Below, one piece after another: positions 16,067-24,990 of a stretch of DNA of 32,000 nt. Below the pieces are notes generated by a model. The model was given only the letters and a program-made list of their open reading frames with translations, did not search any database and was not told where the DNA came from. Made by a program: the position numbers and the translations under genes. The stretch lies in contig NC_015067.1 in NCBI RefSeq assembly GCF_000196555.1, positions 420,001-452,000 on the forward strand, read 5' to 3'. How positions within the stretch are numbered: position 1 is the first letter of the stretch; each line of letters begins with the position of its first letter. This DNA comes from Bifidobacterium longum subsp. longum JCM 1217. GTDB lineage: Bacteria > Actinomycetota > Actinomycetes > Actinomycetales > Bifidobacteriaceae.

Positions 16067-17890
16067 TCACCGCTTGCCGTTGTAGATCTCGTTGTCGATC
16101 ACATCGGCGAACACGCGATTGACGGCCGGGCGCACCACTTTCAGCGACGGTGTCAGGCACTTGTTCTCCTGCGTGAACTGCGTGTCCAGCACGGCGAACT
16201 TGCGTACGGATTCGGCGCGCGAGACCGTCGCATTCGCCTTGTCCACGTACTGCTGAATCTCCTCGCGCACCGCGGCGTTCGTGGCGAGCCGGTCGACCGG
16301 CGTCTCCGTGGACAGGCCGTGCGCGGGCAGCCACAATGCCAGCGACTCCGGATCGAGCGTCACCAACGCGCCGATGAACGGGCGCTGGTCGCCCACCACC
16401 ACGCAGTGCTCCACGATCGGGCACTTGGCGATCTCTTCCTCCAGCGGAATGGGGGAGACGTTCTTGCCGCCGGCAGTAATAATAATGTCCTTGATGCGGC
16501 CGGTGATGACGATGTGGCCCTCATCATCGATCTCGGCCAAGTCGCCGGTCCTGAGCCAGCCGTCGGCGGTGAACGCCTCAGCCGTCTTCTCCGGCAGATT
16601 GTGGTAGCCGCGGAACACGTTCGGGCCCTTGACCTGCAGTTCGCCTTCGTCGGAAATGCGAATCGAGGAGCCGGGCGCGGGCTGGCCTACGGTGCCGATC
16701 ACATTGTCGGTCACGCGCGTGGCGGCGAACGGGGCGGCGGTTTCGGTCATGCCATAACCCTGAATCATCGGCAGTCCGATGCCGTTGTAGAAATGCGCCA
16801 GATCGAGCGACAGTGGTGCGCCGCCGCAGGCCACGTACTTGATCTTCGGGCCCAGAGCACCGCGCACCGTGCGGTAGACGAGCGTTTCGTACTTGGCGCG
16901 CTCGGCGATTTCGGCAAACGTGTGCTGCTCGCCGGCCTGCTCCTTGCGGCTCCAGACGCGCGCGGCCTCGGCGGCCTTGACAAACAGGCGGCCCTTCCAG
17001 CCGGCACCGGCCTTGTGCGAGGCGGCGTTGTATACCTTCTCGAACACGCGCGGCACGCCCAGCAGGTAGGTCGGTTCAAACGAACGCAGGTCCGGCAGCA
17101 GGGTTTTGGTGTCCGGCAGATAACCGACCACGCCGTCATCGGAGGCGATGGAGGCGTACTGGATGAATCGCGCGAAGCAGTGGGCCAGCGGCAGGAAGAG
17201 CAGCAGGCGCGGATGGTCGTCAAGCACCACTTCATGCAACGCCTGCGAGGCGGAGATGGTGATGGACACGAAGTTCTTGTGGGTCAGTTCGGCACCCTTC
17301 GGGTTGCCGGTGGAGCCCGAAGTGTAGACGATGGTGGCCAGATCGTCGGCGCGCACGGTGGCCACGCGCTCGTTCAGTTCCTCGTCCGAAACAGCCACGC
17401 CCAGACCTTCGAGCGCGCCCAGCGCGTTGCCCTCGATCATGAGAATCTGCTTCAAGGCAGGACAGTGGTCCTTGACCGAGTCAAGCCGGTCGAAGCGCTC
17501 GCGGTTGTCGGCAAAGGCCAGCTTGACCGCCGAATCGTTCATGATGCGCTGGGCTTGCGGGGCGGAGTCGGTGTCGTAGATCGGCACGCTTACCGCGCCC
17601 ACTGCGGCCAGTGCGAAATCGAGAATGCCCCATTCGAGACGGGTGGAGGAAAAGATGGTCACCGCGTCGCCCTTGGCGATGCCGAGCGCGATCAGGCCCT
17701 TGGCGGCTGAGACCACGCGCTCGTGGAATTCGCCGGTGGTGACGTTCTGCCAGCGGCCGGGGCCGATTTTCTTGGCGGCGATTACCGTGTCCGCGCCGGT
17801 GCGGGCCAGTCGTTCGGTGAGCAGTGAATAGATAGTTTGGTCATCGCGGATCTCGATGGATTCGCCGGGCGTGGTGTATTCGGTAAGCAT
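16067..17890 (-). CDS. fadD: long-chain-fatty-acid--CoA ligase (AMP-dependent synthetase, FadD15-like)
   Basis: 607 aa. AMP-binding motif IVYTSGSTGNPKGA, GYGMTETA, TGDLAEIDDEGHIVITGRIKDIIITAGGKNVSP. Confidence 0.9.
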   Translation of the reverse strand: MLTEYTTPGESIEIRDDQTIYSLLTERLARTGADTVIAAKKIGPGRWQNVTTGEFHERVVSAAKGLIALGIAKGDAVTIFSSTRLEWGILDFALAAVGAVSVPIYDTDSAPQAQRIMNDSAVKLAFADNRERFDRLDSVKDHCPALKQILMIEGNALGALEGLGVAVSDEELNERVATVRADDLATIVYTSGSTGNPKGAELTHKNFVSITISASQALHEVVLDDHPRLLLFLPLAHCFARFIQYASIASDDGVVGYLPDTKTLLPDLRSFEPTYLLGVPRVFEKVYNAASHKAGAGWKGRLFVKAAEAARVWSRKEQAGEQHTFAEIAERAKYETLVYRTVRGALGPKIKYVACGGAPLSLDLAHFYNGIGLPMIQGYGMTETAAPFAATRVTDNVIGTVGQPAPGSSIRISDEGELQVKGPNVFRGYHNLPEKTAEAFTADGWLRTGDLAEIDDEGHIVITGRIKDIIITAGGKNVSPIPLEEEIAKCPIVEHCVVVGDQRPFIGALVTLDPESLALWLPAHGLSTETPVDRLATNAAVREEIQQYVDKANATVSRAESVRKFAVLDTQFTQENKCLTPSLKVVRPAVNRVFADVIDNEIYNGKR

Positions 17891-18043
17891 ACGGCCGTTT
17901 ATTCCTTACAAACATGATGGCAAGTTGACAACCCGAGCCATTCTGACGAGTTAGATTACGCTGGCGTAAGGTTGCGCGCGTTGTGGGCAATGGAGAAGTT
18001 GTCTGTCTGGTTTTGTGGATTGTATACAACGCCGTGTCTAACC

Positions 18044-18209
18044 GATTTGCTCTACGGTTATGACCGTGTCCATTTCGGGAGCCATCGACTTCCTGCAGGA
18101 CAAGTACGTGCTGAGCCCGGCCCTGCAGGGTCCGGTCATCAGCTCCAGCATCATCGGCGGCGTCGGCATTGGGGAGTCTGTGGCTTCTTATTTGGGAACG
18201 AAGCTCAGC
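18044..18209 (+). pseudogene. frameshifted N-terminal stub of an MFS sugar-porter gene
   Basis: Reads DLLYGYD (frame of 17972), then after a 2-nt gap TVSISGAIDFLQDKYVLSPALQGPVISSSIIGG... (frame of 18060). Aligns with residues LLYGYDTVSISGAIEFLRARYGLSTLMEGLVVSSIMLGA of the intact transporter at 22303-24546. Nothing corresponding to the remaining ~400 aa follows. Confidence 0.6.
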
Positions 18210-18398
18210 GTGACAGTCGTCTCAGCTGAAGGTCTGGCGTGTATGTGCGCTTTCGCCTAAGGTAAATAGGATTGCGCAGTGCACGCCATCGGTATGTGCA
18301 GGTATGCGATTGGTGGCACCCGCGACTGATGCATGACGAGACCTACTGCAGTACCACGGCAACCAACACCGCAACAACACGGCAAGGGGAAGCGAACC

Positions 18399-21300
18399 AT
18401 GTTCGACAAACGACTGTTCCAATTGGCACCAGGTCTCGGCAAGCTCATAGCCGGCAAAGTGGCTCTGATGTGGGTTGGGCTGCTTGCCAATATCGGCTTC
18501 ATGCTTTCGCTGGTCATGCTGCTGCAAGGACTGCTCGCCGCAGCCGACCCACACACTTTCTCCTGTAACGCCGCCTCGGCCTCCGAGTGCCCCGCCAATC
18601 TGTTCGGCGTTCCGGGCACCACCGTCGCCCCGATGGCCGGCGACCTCATGGTTTACGTGGCCTTGGCGATCGTCTGCATGCTGGTTCGCTACCTGGCCAC
18701 CACACACGCCACACGCCTCGGCACCGAAGCCGCCGAACGGGTCAAGCTCGCTTTGCGTTCCAAGCTGTACCGCAAAATGGTGGCCCTCGGCCCGTCCTAC
18801 AGGTCGCGCGTCAAGACCTCGGATGTGGTCCAGTCCGCCGGCGAAGGCGTCGAGCAGATTCAAAGCTTCTTCGAACTGTTCCTGCCGCAGCTCTTCTATG
18901 CGATTCTTGCGCCGATCACCCTGTTCGCCGTGATTGCGCCGATCAACATGCCGGCCGCCGTGACCATGCTCGTCTGCGCGCCGCTCATTATTATTGTCAC
19001 CGGCATCGTATCCATGACCGCCGCCCGCGCCTTCAAAAAATACTGGGGCCGATACACCGACATGGGTGCCGCATTCCTCGACAACCTGCAAGGCCTCGAA
19101 ACCCTGAAGAACTTCGACGCCGACGACCGTGCCGCCGCCGAAATGGACAAGAAGGCCGAAGGCTTCCGCGTCATGACCATGCGCGTGCTGCAGATCCAGC
19201 TGCGCTCGCTGACCGCCATGGATATCGTGGCCTACGGCGGTGCGGCGGCCGGCATTGGTGTGGCTCTATGGCAGTATGCGCATACCGCCGCGGCCGCCGC
19301 AGGAGCCAGCGCCGCCGGCTGGTCTCCGATTATGCTCGCCGCCCACCTGCCCGGTGCGTTCGCCTACCTGGCCTACGGCCTGCAATACCTGATGCCGTTC
19401 GGTGCGGGCTTCCCGCTCACCCTCGCCGGACTGTTGCTGATCGTGCTGCTGTCCGCTGAATTCTTCATCCCCATGCGCCAGCTCGGCTCCTACTTCCACG
19501 TGGCGATGAACGGCATGACCTCCACCAAGCGCATCTTCGCCCTGCTGGACACCCCCGAGCCCGCCCACGGCACTGCCACGCTGCCGGCCACCGCTGGTAC
19601 CGATGCCGGGACTGATGCCGGTACCAAGGCCGGTACCAAGGCCGATGGCGGAATCACCGTCAGCTTCGACCACGTCGGCTATTCCTATGACAGCGCCGAT
19701 TCCGGTGCCGCCGTTCAACAAACGAATTCCGCGCCGGCACCTGCGCTCACCGACCTCACCTTCACTGCCTACCCCGGTCAACTCACCGCCATCGTCGGCA
19801 TCTCCGGTTCCGGCAAATCCACGGCTGCCGCGCTGCTTGCCGGTACGCTGACCGGATACCAAGGCTCGCTTACGCTGAACGGCGTCAAGGTATCCGACCT
19901 GTCCGGAGAGACGCTCGCCCGAACCATCACCCTGATCGGTGCCAGTAGCCATCTGTTTGCCGGTACTCTGCGTGAGAACCTTCTGATGGCTTTGCCCGAT
20001 GACGGCCAGAACGGTGAAGCCGCGTCCGACGCCGTGGATTCCCGTCTCTGGGACGCGCTCGAACAGGCCCGTATCGCCGACTTCGTGCGTTCGCAGCCGG
20101 ACGGCCTTGACATGACGATTGAGCCCGACGCCGCCAACCTGTCCGGTGGCCAGCGCCAGCGTATCGCCATCGCCCGTGCGCTTCTGCATGATTCGCCGGT
20201 ATTCGTATTCGACGAGGCCACCAGCAGTGTGGATGTGGAATCCGAGGAACTGATTCTCGCGACCATCCGCGAACTGGTGCAATCCCGCAGCAAGACGGTG
20301 ATCATGATCACCCATCGCATGGCCAACGCCGAGCACGCCGACCAAGTGGTGGTGCTCGAACACGGCAAGTCGGTGGAAACCGGCACGCATGCCGAACTCA
20401 TGGCGGCCGGCGGCGTGTACGCCAAGTTGTTCACTACTCAGGCGGATATCGAGAACTTTGGGGCTGACCACCCTCAGCCAGCTTCGCTGACAGCTTCCGC
20501 CAGCGGGAGCGGGGCGGCTGTGGGCGCAGCTCCGGCTGCAGCTCCGGCCGAGATGAGCACGTTCCAGGTCATCAAGCGACTACTCGGGGAGGCCAAGCCA
20601 CTGGCCGGGCTTATGGTCGCGGCTTCCACGGCCGGCACCATCGGTCACCTTGCCGCAACCTTCCTACCGGTGTTCGGCATCATCGCCGGATTCGCGCTCG
20701 CCGGCAACCCCGTGTGGGGCATGAGTGCGGCCGGTGCAATCACCGCCATGATTGTTTGCGCGGTGTTGCGCGGCCTGACGCGCTACGTTGAGCAATATCT
20801 GAACCACAACGTGGCCTTCCACCTGCTCGCGCTCTTCCGCTCCAAGGCTTTCGCCGCCCTTCGCCGCCTCGCTCCGGCCAAGCTCGCCGGCAAGGGCAAG
20901 GGCGACCTCATCGCCATGCTCACCACCGACGTGGAACTGCTCGAAATCTTCTTCGCGCATACCATCAGCCCCGTGGCCATAGCCGTGACCACCACCATCG
21001 TCTACGCCATCGTGGCGGCCACGCTGAGCCCCTGGATGGCGTTGGCGCTGATCGTCTCCCATCTGATCATCGGCATCATTGTGCCGCGCTTCTTCGCCAC
21101 CGGCGTGCGCAATCTGGGCCCCGCCATCCGTGGCGCGGCCGGCGAACTCGACAACGTGATGCTCGACGACATGCGCGGTCTCGACGAGATCATCCGATTC
21201 GGTCGGGGTGAAGATCGTGCGCAGGCCATCGAAGACCGCACGCGCGCGCTATGGCGTGACCATGCCAAACTCAGCCGTGTCAACGGCCGGTTCGCCGGTG

Positions 21301-22250
21301 TCGGCGGATTGCTGGTTGCATTGCTTACCTCGGCGGCTGCCGGCATCGCCATCAATCTTGCCGGCGTGAACCTCTACGATATCCCGGCGCTGGTCGCCGC
21401 CTTCGCGCTGCTCGCCAGCTCGTTCGGGCCGACGCTGGCGCTCGCCGCCCTGCCCGCGAACCTCACCCAGACCTTCGCCTCCGCCCGTCGTCTGTTCGGT
21501 CTGATGGACGAAGCGCCGGCCGTGGTGGAAACTGGCACTGCGAACTCGGATTATGAGGGCATGCGCCTTGACCGCGTCATCTTCGCGTACCCGGGGGAGG
21601 AGAGCGAGGCGATTCTCGCCGACTTCTCGCTCGATGTGCCGCAGCACGGCATCCTCGGTATCCAAGGCCCGTCCGGCCGGGGCAAGTCCACTATGCTGAA
21701 GCTGCTGATGCGCTATTGGGATCCGCAGCGCGGCCAAGTGACGCTGTCCGGCACGCCGCTACCGCAAATCGATGTGCATGCCCGCCGCCGTATTCAGGCC
21801 ATGATGAGTCAGGAGACCCACCTGTTCGACGGCATGATTCGCGATAACCTGCTTATCGCCTTGCCCGAGGCAGAGATTCGCGATGGGGGAGCGGCCGGTG
21901 TTCTTGACGCCCGACTCCGCGAAGCCCTCGCCAAGGCATCCGTGCTCGACCTGATCGATTCCCTGCCGGATGGGCTCGACACCCAGGTGGGCGAGCTGGG
22001 CGACCGACTGTCTGAAGGCGAACGCCAGCGCATCGGCTTGGCCCGTGTATTCCTGCGCAATGCCGACTTGGTGCTCTTCGACGAGCCGACCAGTCGTCTG
22101 GATGCCTTGAATGAAGCCATCATTCTGCGTTCCATTCATGAGCTGTCCAAGAGCGAGCAGAATGCGGATAAGGGGCAAGACGTGGCTGTGGTGCTGGTCT
22201 CTCACCGTGAATCCGCCATGCGCGTTGCCGATGCGGTGCTGAATCTGTAA
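18399..22250 (+). CDS. cydDC: fused CydD-like/CydC-like ABC exporter (two TMD-NBD modules in one polypeptide, ~1283 aa)
   Basis: Start set at ATG 18399 (AAGGGGA 8 nt upstream). Module 1: six-TM domain plus NBD (GISGSGKST, LSGGQRQRIAIARALL, VFVFDEATSSVD). Module 2, from in-frame ATG 20553: six-TM domain plus NBD (GPSGRGKST, LSEGERQRIGLARVFL, LVLFDEPTSRLD). Confidence 0.85.
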   Translation: MFDKRLFQLAPGLGKLIAGKVALMWVGLLANIGFMLSLVMLLQGLLAAADPHTFSCNAASASECPANLFGVPGTTVAPMAGDLMVYVALAIVCMLVRYLATTHATRLGTEAAERVKLALRSKLYRKMVALGPSYRSRVKTSDVVQSAGEGVEQIQSFFELFLPQLFYAILAPITLFAVIAPINMPAAVTMLVCAPLIIIVTGIVSMTAARAFKKYWGRYTDMGAAFLDNLQGLETLKNFDADDRAAAEMDKKAEGFRVMTMRVLQIQLRSLTAMDIVAYGGAAAGIGVALWQYAHTAAAAAGASAAGWSPIMLAAHLPGAFAYLAYGLQYLMPFGAGFPLTLAGLLLIVLLSAEFFIPMRQLGSYFHVAMNGMTSTKRIFALLDTPEPAHGTATLPATAGTDAGTDAGTKAGTKADGGITVSFDHVGYSYDSADSGAAVQQTNSAPAPALTDLTFTAYPGQLTAIVGISGSGKSTAAALLAGTLTGYQGSLTLNGVKVSDLSGETLARTITLIGASSHLFAGTLRENLLMALPDDGQNGEAASDAVDSRLWDALEQARIADFVRSQPDGLDMTIEPDAANLSGGQRQRIAIARALLHDSPVFVFDEATSSVDVESEELILATIRELVQSRSKTVIMITHRMANAEHADQVVVLEHGKSVETGTHAELMAAGGVYAKLFTTQADIENFGADHPQPASLTASASGSGAAVGAAPAAAPAEMSTFQVIKRLLGEAKPLAGLMVAASTAGTIGHLAATFLPVFGIIAGFALAGNPVWGMSAAGAITAMIVCAVLRGLTRYVEQYLNHNVAFHLLALFRSKAFAALRRLAPAKLAGKGKGDLIAMLTTDVELLEIFFAHTISPVAIAVTTTIVYAIVAATLSPWMALALIVSHLIIGIIVPRFFATGVRNLGPAIRGAAGELDNVMLDDMRGLDEIIRFGRGEDRAQAIEDRTRALWRDHAKLSRVNGRFAGVGGLLVALLTSAAAGIAINLAGVNLYDIPALVAAFALLASSFGPTLALAALPANLTQTFASARRLFGLMDEAPAVVETGTANSDYEGMRLDRVIFAYPGEESEAILADFSLDVPQHGILGIQGPSGRGKSTMLKLLMRYWDPQRGQVTLSGTPLPQIDVHARRRIQAMMSQETHLFDGMIRDNLLIALPEAEIRDGGAAGVLDARLREALAKASVLDLIDSLPDGLDTQVGELGDRLSEGERQRIGLARVFLRNADLVLFDEPTSRLDALNEAIILRSIHELSKSEQNADKGQDVAVVLVSHRESAMRVADAVLNL
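19596..19643 (+). repeat. in-frame 12-bp tandem repeat x4 encoding (AGTD)2(AGTK)2 in the TMD1-NBD1 connector
   Basis: GGTACCGATGCC GGGACTGATGCC GGTACCAAGGCC GGTACCAAGGCC. Confidence 0.9.
20466..20512 (-). repeat. degenerate family-1 REP-like element, copy D, embedded in frame in the CydD/CydC linker
   Basis: The reverse complement of 20471-20495 is AGCTGTCAGCGAAGCTGGCTGAGGG, matching 24/25 to the family core AGCTGTCAGCGAAGCTGACTGAGGG. The flanks retain weaker similarity (GCTCCC..., ...AGCC). Confidence 0.75.
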
Positions 22251-22302
22251 AGTCGCACAGTCACAGGCCGCAATACTCTGCAATACAGGATTTCCTTATA
22301 TA

Positions 22303-24546
22303 TCAGCCTCTGATAAGGGCATCCAGAGAGTCGAGGGCCGCGTCGATGGCCTGAGCCTCGCGGTCGTCATCCGTCTCGGCGAAGGAATGCTCGCTGTAGG
22401 AATCCTCGTCGGCACTGGGCAACAACACTCCGCGAGGCGTATCGGCACTGTGCGCGTGCTCAATAGAGGCCATATGTGCCGGCTGCACGGCATTTGTCTG
22501 CTTGCGGTTTCGATTCGCGTCATTCGCGGAATCAACGGCATCTGCGGCATCAACGCTATCTGTATCATCCGCACCACTGCGCGTAGTCGGCCGATTCGCC
22601 AGCGTGAATGGATCGTCGGGCAGTGAATCGGCCAAGGCCGCGACTGCTGCGCTGGCCGCTGCCTCGGCCGCCGCGCCGTCCAGCATCGCACCATCCGCAG
22701 AGTCAGTCACGGAGCCATCCACAGAGCCATCCGCAGGGCCGTTCGCAGAGCCGTCCGTATACTCACCGTCGTGCCGTCTACTGGATGACTTACCAACCAG
22801 AACAGCGCCCCTCGTACGCCGCATAAGCGACGGCACGTTCTCATCCGTCGTAACTTCCGAGACGGTCGCTGCCGTGTCTTCTTCTGCAGCCATATTCGCC
22901 GCTGCCTTGGCGGCTTCCTCGGCAGCGCGCTGCGCCTCCAGCCGTTCTGCCTCGACCCTTTTGGCGGTCTCTATGGCGAAAATCTTCTGCTGTGCCGCAG
23001 CGCGAGCCCGCTCAGCCGCATCCATAATGCCCAATGCCTGCTGACGTTCGTTTTCAATACGACGCAGCGTGGCTTCCGCGTGGCGGATATTCGCATCAGC
23101 CGTGCTCAGCGCGTATTTTGCGTAGGCCAAATCGGTTTTCGGCTGCCATAGATGCTCGATTTCCTCCAGCGTGCGTCCCATTGTCTCCGGCACCAACGCC
23201 ACGATGCCGAACAGGCAAATCAGATCCAGAACCGCGAAAATCGCGAACGATATGCCGCCGCCCAATCCATCGATCATCATCGGCGTGAATTGTGCGATGA
23301 TCCAGTTGGCGAACAGCAGACACATCACACACAATCCGGTGGCGCGACCGCGCAGATACGTGGGGAAGAGCTCGGGAATCACAATCCAGGGAATCGGTCC
23401 CATCGAAAAGGCGAACGATATGGTGAACGCCATGACGAATATAAGCGTCAGCAGCGAATTGCCCATGAAATACGAGCCCGAAATGCATAGCGCGAACACG
23501 CACATCATGCCGGTGCCTATTTCCATAAGACGTTTACGGCCGAACGTGTCGATCAGGTACATGCCTACCACGGTGGCCACCAGCTCCATGCCGCCTACGC
23601 TGGCGGCCGCGAGGAACTGAGTGTCCCCGGCGAACCCGAGATCCGAGAACATCACCGGCCCATAGTAGGAAATGGCGTTCATGCCGATGAACTGGTTGAA
23701 CACGGCGAGAAAGATGCCGATGACGAGTGCCCGTCGCAGGCCTGGACGGAACAAATCATGGAATTCGTGCGACATCTCGGTTTCCAGTTTGACCGAGGCT
23801 TGGATGTCATCGGTGCGCAGGCGTGCGCGTTCGGTGCCGAGGATGTGCTCGAGCACCGCGAAACCTTCATCGGTTCTGCCTATCTGAATGAGGAATCGTG
23901 GGCTTTCCGGTGCCCTCCGCATAGCCAGCAGGAAGGTGGCGGCCGGAATCGCGCCTAATCCCAGCATCCAGCGCCATCCAGTGGCGATATCCCAGTCGTT
24001 TGATCCGTGGGAGGCGATGATGTAGTTGATGACGTTGGTCAGGAAGATACCGCAAACCGCAAGCAGCTGATAAGAGAAGGCGAGCAGACCACGGATGTTG
24101 GCCGGAGCCGATTCGGTGATGTATGTGACGGCCAGCGCGGCGGTCAGGCCGATGCCGTAGCCGCCGGCCACGCGCGCCACGATAAGCGCTATGGGACCTA
24201 TCGTCAGCGCACTCCATACAGCCGCAACGAGGAAGAACGCGCCGCCGATAATAAGGATACGTTTCCTGCCGAATCGGTCGGAAAGGAATCCGGCGGTGGC
24301 CGCTCCGATGACGGCACCGAGCATGATGGAGGAAACGACGAGGCCCTCCATGAGAGTACTGAGCCCGTATCTGGCGCGCAGGAATTCGATGGCACCGGAG
24401 ATGGAGACGGTGTCGTAGCCGTACAGTAATCCGGCAAGACCCGCACTCAAAGCCAGTCCGAATGTATATTTTCCTGATCCGCGGGTGCGTATGGCTGTTC
24501 CTAAAGGATTGGGCTGCTTGGAAGCAGTCCGAAACAGTCCCGCCAT
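22303..24546 (-). CDS. MFS sugar porter (sugar:H+ symporter family) with a ~270-aa C-terminal extension
   Basis: The N-terminal ~475 aa have sugar-porter signatures (GFLSDRFGRKR, PESPRFL, PELFPTYLRGRATG, PETMGRTLEEIE). GAGGAAGAG lies upstream of the ATG at 24546. The remaining ~270 aa are Ala/Glu/Arg coiled-coil-like, then Asp/Ser/Ala-rich. Confidence 0.88.
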   Translation of the reverse strand: MAGLFRTASKQPNPLGTAIRTRGSGKYTFGLALSAGLAGLLYGYDTVSISGAIEFLRARYGLSTLMEGLVVSSIMLGAVIGAATAGFLSDRFGRKRILIIGGAFFLVAAVWSALTIGPIALIVARVAGGYGIGLTAALAVTYITESAPANIRGLLAFSYQLLAVCGIFLTNVINYIIASHGSNDWDIATGWRWMLGLGAIPAATFLLAMRRAPESPRFLIQIGRTDEGFAVLEHILGTERARLRTDDIQASVKLETEMSHEFHDLFRPGLRRALVIGIFLAVFNQFIGMNAISYYGPVMFSDLGFAGDTQFLAAASVGGMELVATVVGMYLIDTFGRKRLMEIGTGMMCVFALCISGSYFMGNSLLTLIFVMAFTISFAFSMGPIPWIVIPELFPTYLRGRATGLCVMCLLFANWIIAQFTPMMIDGLGGGISFAIFAVLDLICLFGIVALVPETMGRTLEEIEHLWQPKTDLAYAKYALSTADANIRHAEATLRRIENERQQALGIMDAAERARAAAQQKIFAIETAKRVEAERLEAQRAAEEAAKAAANMAAEEDTAATVSEVTTDENVPSLMRRTRGAVLVGKSSSRRHDGEYTDGSANGPADGSVDGSVTDSADGAMLDGAAAEAAASAAVAALADSLPDDPFTLANRPTTRSGADDTDSVDAADAVDSANDANRNRKQTNAVQPAHMASIEHAHSADTPRGVLLPSADEDSYSEHSFAETDDDREAQAIDAALDSLDALIRG

Positions 24547-24726
24547 GTGCTCTTCCTCTCAATACAGCTATGGTGGTGCCTATTCATACTAGCCGAACTG
24601 GCTCCGTCTGGCGCTGGACATCCACGAATGTGAACGCTCTCGGAATTGTGGATGTCGGAGGCTGAAGATTCTTCTGTGTGCCCGAGGTGGCGAGTTTTGG
24701 CGGGAAATCAGGCGTGTCGCTTGATT

Positions 24727-24754
24727 TTGACAAATTGGTACACGGGTGTATCAT
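24727..24754 (+). promoter_or_regulatory. candidate promoter for the GH42 transcription unit (-35 TTGACA 24727-24732, 16-nt spacer, -10 TATCAT 24749-24754)
   Basis: Consensus -35 hexamer and good -10 hexamer, overlapped and followed by the paired operators. Confidence 0.6.
24734..24750. promoter_or_regulatory. operator O1 (ATTGGTACACGGGTGTA) within the promoter spacer
   Basis: 17-nt exact direct repeat of the left part of O2. Confidence 0.65.
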
Positions 24755-24762
24755 CATAGATA

Positions 24763-24782
24763 TTGGTACACGGGTGTACCAA
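24763..24782. promoter_or_regulatory. operator O2: 20-bp palindrome TTGGTACAC-GG-GTGTACCAA
   Basis: Two perfect 9-bp arms around a 2-nt centre, just downstream of the -10 hexamer. Typical LacI-family operator geometry; the cognate regulator is probably the LacI gene at 27194. Confidence 0.7.
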
Positions 24783-24899
24783 AGAAAACACCCCAAAAAA
24801 GACCGTCAGCGGAGCATATCGCAGGCGAGGAACCCAGGCCCAAGGTAAGTCCAAAGTCCCGAAGCCACGACCAATCCCAACGGCTCAGGAGGAGATAAC

Positions 24900-24989
24900 A
24901 TGCGCAACACCAAGAAGGTCATCGCAGCAACGGCCGCCGCCAGCAACATAGCATCGGCCATGAGCCGGTACAATAAAGGACTTGATTGA
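24900..24989 (+). CDS. 29-codon small ORF (MRNTKKVIAATAAASNIASAMSRYNKGLD) with consensus SD; probable stub of a solute-binding-protein gene or a leader ORF
   Basis: AGGAGGAG at 24887-24894, 5 nt before the ATG at 24900. The TGA at 24987-24989 is 1 nt before the GH42 ATG. Too short for the supplied ORF track. Confidence 0.45.
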   Translation: MRNTKKVIAATAAASNIASAMSRYNKGLD

Positions 24990-24990
24990 T

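Noticed and set aside
17925-17957. TTGACA ... TAGATT as a plus-strand promoter upstream of the MFS stub
   Set aside because: The spacer is 21 nt, outside the usual 16-18-nt range, and the downstream gene is a pseudogene stub.
24763-24951. 62-aa track ORF upstream of the GH42 gene
   Set aside because: It starts inside operator O2 with no RBS, has a basic low-complexity translation, and is out of frame with and overlapped by the 29-codon ORF that has a consensus SD.
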